Source of the DNA: Eledone cirrhosa | Taxonomy: Eukaryota | DNA: 64,000 bases | Direction: 5' to 3' | NCBI GenBank assembly: GCA_964016885.1 | Contig: CAXHJY010000183.1 | Coordinates: forward strand, 1 to 64,000 | Shown here: positions 17,791-29,480 of the stretch, piece after piece | How positions within the stretch are numbered: the stretch's first letter is position 1 | Layout of the letters: each line of letters starts with the position of its first letter | Notes under the pieces: model-generated | What the model was told of the DNA's origin: nothing | The model's input: only the letters and a program-made list of their open reading frames with translations | Databases searched by the model: none | Position numbers and translations under genes: made by a program

Positions 17791-18569
17791 AAAGGTTGTC
17801 ATGTACCCAGAAGTTCTCTCAGAGTCCTCTCTATTCAAGAAATGTTTCCATTTATAATGAGCATAAAGGAACCAGATGCAGCATGAAATAGAGAAGATTG
17901 CACTGGTATGAACACATCATGGATGATGGTGGTTGGGTGTAGAGGAGGCAGGAGATCATAGTAGAAGGAAGCTGGAGAAGAGGAAGACCGGGGCAGCTGT
18001 GGTGAAAATTAATCACAAAAATGACTAATTAATGCAACATGTGGAGAGAAGCTGTGGTGGAGAAGACTTTTAACCCATGCAAACATGGCGATACAGATGT
18101 AAAATGTTGATGACAATGATGTAGCTTATCAGTTAATAGTGAAGTTCAATTCATCTGAACTCTGCCAATGAAAATGATGCAATTAGAGAAATTCAATCTT
18201 GTATTAACTGTTCCTACATAATTCTATTTAATTTCTAAAATGAATTTATTTTGAATTTTACATCTAATTAAAGCTCTCATCAGACAACTTTACTTTTCTT
18301 TACACACTATAACAAATGAAAACAACCCCAAAATATTGTATATTAAATGTTGGAGGTTAAGAAAAGAAGGATGAACAAAGATAAAAACAAGGGATTCAGG
18401 TAGTGCTTGAAATAAAGTAGTAAATAAACCTTTAAAACATAATGTTTAATTTTGCAATTATATATATAATTTTTTTATGAAACATCTCTAAAGATGGTAT
18501 TACCTTCTAGATACAAACCTGCCCCAAACTGCCTCTTTGTTTATGAATAATAATAATAATAATAATACA

Positions 18570-19245
18570 CCATATTTACAAGGAAGAGGCTTGCCCACTG
18601 TGTAGGATCTGTGGAGAGAGAGAGGAGACTGTGGCTCACATTCTATCCGAGTGTAAACACCTAGCCCAAAATCACTATAAAGGCTGGAGACATGATGTGA
18701 TAGGCAGGGTGATCCACTGGCATCTATGCAAAGTAAACAATTTACCACATTCTGAGAAGTGGTATGAGCATAAGCCAGAATCGGTGATAGAAAACGATCA
18801 GGCAAAGGTGTTGTGGGATTTTAGGAACAGACGGACAAGAAATTAGAACACAATAGGCCTGACCTGGTGGTTTTGGACAAGGAAAAAAGATTGTGCCTGA
18901 TTGTAGATGTAGCCTGCCCATTTGACACGAGAGTGCAAGAAAAGGAGAGGGAGAAAATTAACCGATACCAGGACTTAAAGTGGGAGGTAAAAAGGATTTG
19001 GAACTGCCATGAAGTCAGAGTCGTTCCGATTGTCATAGGGGCACTAGGTACTATCTCAAAGAGTTTCCAAGGATGGTTAAAGAAGATTACTCCAGCCCTG
19101 CTTTTTGGAACACTTCAAAAGGCATGCTTGCTGGGAACAGCAAGAACCCTCCGATACATCCTGACTATCTGAGGCTGCAGGTAGTGGCTTGACATTCATT
19201 TCAACAAACTTTCCAGTTAAATAACATCAATGACTGAGACTCAGA

Positions 19246-19285
<40 letters not shown>
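18570..19285 (+). mobile_element. 5'-truncated R4/Dong-clade non-LTR retrotransposon (CCHC finger + restriction-like endonuclease), frameshifted
   Basis: CRIC..ETVAHILSEC..RHD..WYEHKPESVIEND..LWDF / RPDLVVLDK..IVDVACPFD..EKINRYQDLK..VVPIVIGALG; (TAA)n on both flanks. Confidence 0.9.
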
Positions 19286-19287
<2 letters not shown>

Positions 19288-20219
19288 CTTTAATGGTTTC
19301 CTATTTAAATTTAAATTTAACATAATTTGATATAAGAACCTCTTTTTAAATCGTGTTACAAATTCCATTTTTATAATCTTATAATTTTAGTAAATCTTTC
19401 CAAACTCTTCGTTAAATTTTTTAATTTAATCAATTAAAAAACTGTGTTTCATTAGCTCTGTAGTAATGAAATGGTTAGGTTTTTTTTAAAGAATAAATCT
19501 ACAGAAGTGTACATAAAAAAAGGAAAGGAAAAGAGAGATACTGACAAAGCTTCAGTTAACCCAAGGCTATGGTAAAAATCACTTGATTAAGATGCCATTG
19601 TGATATCAAAGCAGAGACTTGAGGATTCTGAAAAAAAACTTCTTCCCTGTATATAACTTTATACCACTAAAGTAAAATGAAAATAAAAAAAATAGGTGGG
19701 ATAGGGGTTCACATCTATGTAAGTTTAGCTGGCCTCTTACGCAGTTGCATCTAAAATGAGGATTCTTGGCTGTTCTCATGACAGGGACCCAGTTTTATCA
19801 TGACAAGCAACATGAAATGAAGTTTACTGTCTAAGTATTGAACCTACAATCCAACAACCTGGCCATCAGACCACACACCTTCAGACCATTAAAGTAATCA
19901 GCTAATAAAATCTGTTCTTCCCCTAACTGTTTCAAGAATAAACAGCCTAACACCATATACCTATAAAGTAAACAAAATATACTCCCTGCAGGTAGTACAA
20001 TTATGAAACAAATGTTGAACATGAACACAGGTGTTATATAGTGATAATCTACATAAATTCTAGACTTACAATCTAAGCACATGGGAAAGATAATCATTAT
20101 AGATATTATAAAAAGTTTGACTTCATTTATACATATGGTTAACTTTGTGGTACATACACATATATATACACATACATATATATATATATATATACACACA
20201 TTTATACACACACACATAT

Positions 20220-20260
<41 letters not shown>

Positions 20261-20382
20261 CATAAACACACACACACACATATATATATACATACATACA
20301 CACACACATATATATACATACACACATACACACACACATATATACATACACACACACACACATATATATATATACGAGGTGG

Positions 20383-20680
20383 TTATGTTGGTACCACAAC
20401 ATCCAGCCCGAAACAAATGAGGTCGTGTAGGTGTCACGACAAAAAAAACACACAGTCCACGCTGTAATGTGGCCGTGTAGGTAACACGGTAAAAACCTCC
20501 CAGTTCCACACTGTAAATGTGGTTGGTGTTAGGAAGGGCATCCAGCCGTAGAAAACCCACCAGACAGTCCTATGCGAGCAAGACAACCACTCTTGCCTCA
20601 AGTGGGAAAACTCCCATCCAAACCCATGCAAGCGTGGAATATGGACGTTAAACGATGATGATGATGATGATGATGATGAT
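20383..20680 (+). mobile_element. RTE 3'-UTR-only insertion inside the mariner TIR
   Basis: Matches the 3' UTR of the 59-kb RTE; (GAT)n tail; TSD GAGGTGG at 20376-82 and 20681-87. Confidence 0.88.
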
Positions 20681-20738
20681 GAGGTGGGTCAGAAAAGTTC
20701 CAGGACTGATGTCACAAAAGATCTATTTCAAACACAAA

Positions 20739-21341
20739 CTAAGAGTTTTCTCCTTCAAAGTAATCCCCCTGGAGTCTAATGCACTTTTCCATCCTTTTCT
20801 GCCACGCTTGCATGCACTCCTGGAAGGATTCTTCAGGGATCCTCCGCAGTTCTGTTTTGATGACGTCCACGTCTTTAAAACGGGTCCCCTTGATGACTCC
20901 CTTGAGCATCCATGACTCATCACTGGTGATGACTGTCCCTAGCAAGTCTGGTTCGGTTTCAAGACGCTCGAGGATGTCCAGGCACACTTGCATGCATCGA
21001 CCCTTCTGGTCATTGTTCAGCAGTTTTGGCACCATCTTCGCACAGACTTTCCGCATGCCCAAATCTTCAGTGAGAATCTTCCAGATGCTGTCCCGATTCA
21101 TGCCCAGCTCATTTGCCATCAGTCGAACAGTCAGCCGACGATCGCTACGCACCATCTGCCTGATGCGCTCAACGTTGACCTCAGTCCTGGTTGTTGAGGG
21201 CCTTCCGCTCCTGGGGTCATCTTCCACGTCCTCGCGTCCTTCTTTAAACCTCTTGCACCACTCAAAAACACATGAACGTGACATCGTCTCATCTCCATAC
21301 ACTTGCTGCAGCAATCCCAGTGCTTCTGATGGAGTTTTCAA
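20739..21341 (-). pseudogene. mariner transposase with most of the catalytic domain deleted
   Basis: HTH region intact; DESW joined directly to C-terminal LKGVIKGTRF; second and third catalytic Asp absent. Confidence 0.88.
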
Positions 21342-21391
21342 GTTTGTTCATTGCTCTGTGCTCATTGCTTGACGACCTAAAACAGAGGACA

Positions 21392-21625
21392 TTTCATTTC
21401 ATTTCATTTTACGTCTGCTTTTTCCCTGCTTACAAGGGTGGGACGGGAACTGATTCTGGCTTGATTTCTACAGCTGGATGCCCTTCCTAACACCAACCTC
21501 ATTTACAGTGAGTGCTGGGTGCTTTTTTGCCGTGGCACCTCCACGACCACTTTGCAGTGGAATGATATGGACCCCAGTCCCTATCATCTCATTTCTACAG
21601 CTGAGTAAATTGGAGCAATGTGAAA
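21392..21625 (-). mobile_element. 5'-truncated SINE family B inside the mariner
   Basis: Same sequence as the 3' part of 39396-39733. Confidence 0.85.
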
Positions 21626-21799
21626 TGTATATAAAATTATGAAGTAAAAAGTTTGATCGCTGCAGAGAGCTAAGATTACAATTACATACTCCAGGGGGAT
21701 TACTTTGAAGGAGAAAACTCTTAGTGTGAAGTTTGGGTTTGAAATAAATCTTTTGTGACATCAGTCCTGGAACTTTTCTGACTCACCTCGTACATACAT

Positions 21800-21845
<46 letters not shown>

Positions 21846-22030
21846 TATACACACACATATATATACACACACACACACATATATATACACACACACACAC
21901 ATATATATACACACACACACACATATATATATATACACACACACACATATATATACACACACACACACATATATATATATACATATATACACACACATAC
22001 ATATATACACACACACATATATATATATAC

Positions 22031-22067
<37 letters not shown>

Positions 22068-22262
22068 CACACACACATATATATATATATATATACATAT
22101 ATACACACATATATATATATACATATATACACACACATATATATATATACATATATACACACACATATATATATATACATATATACACACACATAGATAT
22201 ATACATATATACACACACACACATATATATACATATACACACACACACACATATATATATAT

Positions 22263-22490
22263 ATACAAAGTGTTAAAACGATCAAATTTTAGTTTAGAAC
22301 ATTTATTTGCTGACAATTGTTTCTTCCAGGGAAAAATCTGGATTCATCGGAGTGTAAGGAATGTCAAAACATGTTTCTAAAATCCTAGACATTCCTTACA
22401 CTCCGATGATTCCAGACTTCCCTCTGGAAGAAACAATTGTCAGCAAATAAATGTTCTAAACTAAAATTTGATCGTTTTAACACTTTGTAT
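22263..22490. repeat. ~100-bp-arm palindrome; each arm carries a hammerhead-like motif plus AATAAA (inverted PLE pLTR)
   Basis: Arms 22263-22365 and 22388-22490 are near-perfect reverse complements; CCGATGA-TTCCAG..CTGGAA-GAAAC AATT GTC-AGCAAATAAA. Confidence 0.85.
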
Positions 22491-22619
22491 CTCGGCTCTG
22501 TAAAACACTTGAAAGTTTGCATTGAGCCTTTTGTCATACCGGTAACCGGCTAGTACATAGTACTACCCTCCATATTTATAGTTGTATCAAACATATGTAA
22601 ATATAAATATTCTTATTAT

Positions 22620-22711
<92 letters not shown>

Positions 22712-22777
22712 CATACATACATACATACATACATACATACATACATACATACATACATACATACATACACATACATA

Positions 22778-23020
22778 TCATTCATTTCATCATCATTTCA
22801 TTTTACGTCCGCTTTTCCCTGCTTGCAAGGGTGGGACGGGAACTGATTCTGGCTTGATTTCTACAGCTGGATGCCCTTCCTAACACCAACCTCATTTACA
22901 GTGAGTGCTGGGTGCTTTTTTTCCGTGGCACCTCCATGTCCACTTTACAGTGTGGGCTGGGTGCTTTTTTGCCGTGGCACCTCCACAACCATTTTGCAGT
23001 GGAATGATAGGGACCGGGGT
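22778..23020 (-). mobile_element. 5'-truncated SINE family B
   Basis: RTE-type tail CCCGTCCCACCCTTGCAAGCAGGGAAAAGCGGACGTAAAA on the minus strand. Confidence 0.85.
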
Positions 23021-23362
23021 ATATATATATACACACACATATATACATATACATACATATATATACACACTCATACATACATATATATACACACAGATAC
23101 ATACATATACATACATACATATACACACACATACATACATATATATACATACATATACACACACATACATACATATATATACATACATATACATATATAT
23201 ACATACATATAGATACATACATACATATAAATACATATACATATAAATACATATACATATAAATGCATACATACATATACATACATACATATAGATACAT
23301 ACATACATACATACATATATATATATACATACATATATATATATACATACATATATATATAT

Positions 23363-23393
<31 letters not shown>

Positions 23394-23494
23394 ATATATA
23401 TATATATACACACACACACACATATATATATACATATATATATATATGCACATACATACACATATACACACACACATATATATTATAAGAATTT

Positions 23495-24710
23495 CAAAAC
23501 ATGGAAGCAGGGACAAGAAAGAAGGGGTCTCAAAGTCAACTTGACAAAGACTAGGGTCCTTGTAAGTAGACGAGAAAACAGAACCCAGATCCCCTCAGGA
23601 AAATGGCCTTGCTCACTATGTAGGAAAGGTGTAGGTAGGAATTCCATCCTCTTCCCCAAATTCAAACTATGGGTACACAAGAGATGTAGTGGAAGCTTAG
23701 TTAGGAATGTAGGCTTTACATGTAGCAGCTGCACCGAGACAGTAAGTAACAAACGGCCACAGGAAACAAGTACTACCAATCTCTGGGAGGGCTCTACAGA
23801 AACAGTAGACAGCTTCTGCTACCTAGGTGACTGAATTAGCAGCAGGGGTAGCGGAGGTGGGTGTTCTGAAAGTAATGTAACCAGGGTAAGAACGGGATGG
23901 AAGAAGTTCAGGGAGCTACTACCACTGCTAGCTGCAAAAGGCTTTTCCCTCAAAATAAGGCAGACTGTATGGTGCATGCATACGAACAGCAGTGTTACGT
24001 GGTAGTGAGACCTGGGTGTTGTCTGTAGAAGACTTGCGTAGATTAGAAAGAAATGAAGCTTGCATGCTCCGATTAATGTGTAATAGTAATATACGTGAAC
24101 GACAAAGCATAAATGAATTGAGAGAGAGACTGAGCATAAGAGGTATCAAATGCTGTATGCAGGAGAGGAGGTTGCGTTGGTATGGACATGTGATGTGTAT
24201 GAAGGATGACAGCTGCATAAAAAGGTGCAGAGCACTAGAAGTCGATGGAAACCTTGGAGTGGGGAGTCCCAAGAAGATCTGGGATGAGGTGAGAAAAGCT
24301 GACCTTGCCCAATTACACCTCTCAAAGGCGATGACACACGACAGTGACCTCTGGCATCATGCAGTAATAAAGAAGACCCGACTTTCCACAGGAACAAGCC
24401 GAAGCTGAAGCATATAGACAATATGCTCCCACCACCTCTCACTGCAAAGTGGTCGTGGAGGTGTCATGACGAAAAAGCACCCAGCCCACACTGTAAAGTG
24501 GTCGTGTAGGCGCCATGGTAAAAAAGCACCCAGTACTCACTGTAAATGAAATTGGTGTTAGGAAGGGCATCTAGCTGTAGAAATCAAGCCCAAATCAGTC
24601 CTGTATGACCAAGAAGGTCACCCAACCTGGCATTGCCCACAACAAGACAACCCATCTAACCCATGCTAGCGTGGAAGAATGGACGTAAAATGGTATTGAT
24701 GATGATGATA
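23495..24710 (+). mobile_element. 5'-truncated, disrupted RTE LINE
   Basis: KTRVLV..PSGKWPCSLCRKG..WVHKRC..DSFCYLGD*, GSETW..RLRWYGHV; 3' UTR module and (GAT)n tail. Confidence 0.92.
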
Positions 24711-24714
24711 TGTG

Positions 24715-24746
<32 letters not shown>

Positions 24747-25729
24747 CCCACCCACTCATACACACACACACAAATATAAATATATAGTCATGTGATTAGT
24801 GGTTAGGATATTTGTCTCACAATTGTAGGACCATGATTTTGATCCCTGGCAGGTATGCTGTGTCCTTGAGCAAGACACGTTACTCTGGTCCGCTCAGCTG
24901 GGAAAAAGGAGTTGCACCTGTAATTTGAAAGGCCAGCCTTATCATATTTTGTGTCACCCGGAATCTCCCTGAGAACTACATTATGGATACATGTGTCTGT
25001 GCAATACTTTTAAAGAACATATATATAAGAAGAAATTATAACAGAAAATTCACAAATGTTCAAACTGCCCACATAATATTAGATCAAACTATTTTGATAT
25101 TTCATATCGAAACCAATATGTGATGTACAGTTACTTGTTCTCAGCCATAAACCTGGGCTCCACTGACTGCAATGCAGAGGAGGATAGTCAGGCCCCAGTA
25201 TTTGACTAACTGCTTCCTCTTTGTAATCTCTGTTGAGACCTCTGGGATCTTTGGTCCCCACACTACTGATTTCCTCTGTAAAGTCAGAAAGATGGTGGCT
25301 CTATGAGGTGGAGTGGCTGTTGCAGTGAATGTCTCTGGCCATTCATTGTGCTAATCCTTTTGTTGTTTTTCAGCAGGGTGTGACTGAATTGTAATGACTG
25401 CACACCTCTCTTTCTCTTCTTACTTGATCTTTCTTTCTTTTTCTACTTTTCATTTTCTCTTTACTTATCCCTTTTCTGTTCCCTTTATTAGTGTGTTTTG
25501 TTTTTATTAGATGGTGCTCAATCATTTTTATATGTTGAAAAAATAAATATTAGTAACAAAAAAAAAAAAAAAAATTTATGTCTCAATTATACAAATATTC
25601 ATTCTGTTGGATTAAAGAAAAAATTTTTTAAATATACTCCTGTGTTTTTTCACTTTTACTGTATACCTATAATCTTTGTTTTGTATGGAACTTTACACAA
25701 GTGTGTATATGTATGTATGTGTATATTAA

Positions 25730-25926
25730 CCCTTTACCATTTAAATTACTCCATATTTACTATTATACTTTCACAGTAAAGGTTTTATCTCACATACTAT
25801 CGAATCTATGAGATTTTGATATTATTTATTTTGAGAACAATACCTTAACATCAGTATGAGCAGCTGGTTACAAAGAAATAGGTGAAAGAATTCTGGCCGG
25901 ATACAGCCAGTTTAAATGTTGAAGGG
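25730..25926. mobile_element. piggyBac-like MITE
   Basis: TTAA|CCCTTT...AAGGG|TTAA; homologous to 52770-52990 and ~58168-58320. Confidence 0.75.
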
Positions 25927-25963
25927 TTAATAAATAAATTTACAAATGTGAACATAATAAATA

Positions 25964-26072
25964 ATTGTTTCTACTTTAGGCACAAGGCCAGCAATTACCC
26001 AGTGCATTACTGGTACTTTATTTTATCGACCCCGTAAGGATGAAAGGCAAAGTTAACCTCGGCGGGATTTGA
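25964..26072 (-). mobile_element. 5'-truncated SINE family A
   Basis: Core and tail only; TSD TGAACATAATAAATAAT. Confidence 0.85.
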
Positions 26073-27498
26073 ACATAATAAATAATGAAAGAAAGATTAC
26101 CGTTTGAAGAAGTTTAACCCTTTTGATACCAACCCAGCTAAAACTGGTGTCTAATTCTATGAAACAAACCCACCAATTTTAATGGATTTCTATCTAAATC
26201 AAAATCTTCAAACATCATTTTATATAATCATCTTAGTAATGAAATAATTCTATTAAACCCCACTATATTCTTTATAGTTAATTCAAATACAGCTTATTTC
26301 CTTAGAGATATTGTAATGAAAGGATCAAAACGAAAACCATGAGTCAGATTTTTTAATGAGTTCTGTGAACATTGGAATCTAATTCTGACTCCAACAAAAC
26401 ATTTCAAGTGACAAACACAGAAATTGGTAATAGATATGAAAACAACATCACACCAATTTGTTCCATTTTACAAGACAGCCAATGTTGAAAGTGCATGCAA
26501 GTTAGACAGAAAGCCAACACAGAAATGTAAAACAGACAACATGAATCATAGCTAGATGAAAAGTAAAGAACCACATTTATATTGATATTCATATGTATAA
26601 AAGGGTATAGTAAAAGCAATATACCATAATATATTGATGTATATACTGTGGCCTAGTGGTAAGTGTATGGGACATACAATCATAATGACATGGGTTCAAT
26701 TTCTGGACTAGGTTGTGTGTTATTATCTTGAGCAATTCATTTCCTTTCATGTTGCTCCAGTATACTCAGCTGAAAATGAGTACCAACAATAATTGTATTC
26801 TCAGTCACTTCACACCACAGAAACCAGGATATGAACCGGCCTGATGAGCCTCTGGACTTAGATATAACCATGGCTGGCACCTGGGTATATAATATGTATA
26901 TAACCTGGGTATATAATACCTAAAGCTAGGTCTTGAATGAGTGCCCCTTCTCTCTAATAAAACAATTTCTGCTGAGTCTGGCAAGGTGATAAGCCTAGGT
27001 TTTGGCATTCTTTGCTCTAATAACAGTTAAGAAAATTACACAACAAAGTCCACACTCATCCACAGCAAACCATGACAGGTCATGATAACATACAACCTTC
27101 TCCATTGCTTTAGATATTTCCACAATGGTTCAATGATTTGTTTATTGATCACAGGAAAGTTTTGAAAATTTGTATAGAACTGTGATCCTTTAAGGGTCAG
27201 TAATGTGCTTCTCTGATGTCTGTGCCTCAAGCAATTACCTAATTGGCCTTGATTGTAGCACCAGCCCTGTATAAAACTGTGATCCTTTAAAGTTCAGTAT
27301 CTCTCTGATGTCAGTGCTCTAGTTGACTGACACATTAGCCTAATGGTAGTGCCAACCATGACTGTACCATATCCGTAATGACATTTATAAGACACATTTG
27401 CGTAAATATGAAATGGTATATACATGAACAGCAATATACCACATTTATATGAATAGTAATGTACAATAATGTACAATGATATATATCACACATATATT

Positions 27499-27840
27499 GA
27501 AGGCACATGGTTTAGTAGTTAGAGCATTGGGTTTACAATTGTGAGGTTGTGAGTTTGATTCCTGGACCAGGCACCATGTTGTGTCCTTGAGCAAGACACT
27601 GTACTTCACGTTGCTCCAGTTCACTCATGGAAAAAATGAGTTCTGACAACAATGGTGCCAAGCTGTATCGGCCATTGCTTTTTCCCTTGGACAACATTGG
27701 TGGCGAGAGATTGGTATGCAAGAGCGACTGCTGGTCTTACACAAAAACAGTTTGCTAGGGTTTATGCCATGGAGAGGAACTTTCGAGGTGCAAAACATAT
27801 GGTCAGTCATTATGACTGATGTGGGTCTTTACCCTTTTTA
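27499..27840 (+). mobile_element. tRNA-derived SINE family C
   Basis: A/B-box head GGCACATGGTTTAGTAGTTAG..GAGTTTGATTCC, GTGTCCTTGAGCAAGACACT core, CTTTACCCTTT tail; relatives at ~27915-28230 (-) and ~40135-40465 (+). Confidence 0.75.
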
Positions 27841-28269
27841 TGTGTATAGATATACAATAGTGAACTTTGACCCGATGATAATGTCAGTTTCTTGCAATCA
27901 CTTTGGTAGAGTATGAGGTCTATCTAGGATATGATTGGCTATGGACTTCCACCTTGAAAGTTCTTCTAAAAGGCAAAAACCAAAGTAAGGTGTTTTTGTG
28001 GAAGACGCAGTAGTTGTCAAGGCATGCCAATCTCCCCTCTCCTTGCCACCAACATTTGGCAAGGGAAAGGTTAAGACTGATATAGCTAATAACCAATGTC
28101 AATGCAACTAATGTTTCTGGGTGGACTGAAACAATGTGAAATAACATGTCTTGCTCAAGGAGACACAACATGCCACTTTGTCGAGTAATTGAAGTAATAA
28201 CCTTATGAGTGTAACTCAAACACTAATCACTATATAATGCACATGACATTTAGAAGGATTATTAATATA

Positions 28270-28458
28270 GGGCGGTGGATTGGCAGTATCGCGAGAGGGT
28301 CGGATGCTATGCTTTGACGTATAGAGTTACGGCCCTTGCCATTCTGAGTTCAAATCCCACCGAGGTTAACTTTGCCTTTCATCCTTACGGGGTCGATAAA
28401 ATAAAGTACCAGCAATGCTCTGGGTAATTGCTGGCCTTGTGCCAAACGTAGAAACAAT
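28270..28458 (+). mobile_element. SINE family A, full length
   Basis: TSD ATTATTAATATAG. Confidence 0.88.
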
Positions 28459-29206
28459 TATTAATATAGTTTACACAAAAAGTAAGCAATTATTACTGCT
28501 ACAAGCAGTAATTACTAGCCCTATGATACTTTATCCCTCTATATTTTGTGTTAAATGAACCTAATTAAGTAATCTGTTTTCATAATAGTAATTCTCAATG
28601 ACAAGTAATTACAGCATAACTCATCTCAAATTGGCTGAAACTGGTAATTTTAGATATGAATATTTATCTGGAAACCTTCCATATATAATTTCATGTAAGA
28701 ACATTTAAGTTATGCTGCAAACATCAGCTTAATGAGGAAGATAGATATATTTTGAAATTCTTGATTACTTTCAAAATGATTGGGAAATTATAGGCCGTGT
28801 CTTTCATTAGCAATATTGTAATGGAAGGGTTAAGGTCCACAGAATTATACTGTGTGACAAGATTTTTAAGTGATAGAAAAGAAAGCACAATATTATTTAG
28901 CACATGATTAGGGGAGGGGCATATAGAGATGTAAAAAAAAAAAATCCATAATTTCTATAAGAGAAATAATTCAAATATTCCATAATTAAGCACAACAACA
29001 GTGATTGATTAGCTTAAAACAGATTATTAAATGAAAAATGATGAACATTCCTCTTTTTCGTTGTAGGTTAAAACATGTGTAAAAAAAATAAAATGTTAAA
29101 AATGTATGTTGTTAACCAGATTTTAATTTTTTAGAATGTTAATCCTGAACATCTTGTACTGTATAAAGGTGAATTAGCAAGAGATTTGTTGAAAAGTATC
29201 ATACAA

Positions 29207-29392
29207 GTGGATTGGCAGTATTGGTAGAGGGTCGGACGCCATACTTTGACGTATAGAGTTACGGCCCTTGCCATTCTGAGTTCAAATCCCGCCGAGGTTA
29301 ACTTTACCTTTCATCTTTACGGGGTCGATAAAATAAAGTACCAGTAATGCACTGGGTAATTGCTGGCCTTGTGCCAAACGTAGAAACAATTA
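29207..29392 (+). mobile_element. SINE family A
   Basis: Near-identical to 28270-28458. Confidence 0.85.
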
Positions 29393-29480
29393 TTACATAA
29401 ACAAATTAAAAGCTTCACTAATGCTGAAAATTTACACAATTTTCTTTTAACTAGCAAAGACTGAATGAAACTTTTTCTTT

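Larger units (their letters stand above)
20375..21790 (-). mobile_element. mariner-family transposon, internally deleted, with two nested retroposon insertions
   Basis: TA|CGAGGTG.GTCAGAAAAGTTCCAGGACTGATGTCACAAAAGAT TIRs with TA flanks; transposase remnants EDDPRSGRP, VCAKMVPKLL, ITSDESW, GDYFE. Confidence 0.92.
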
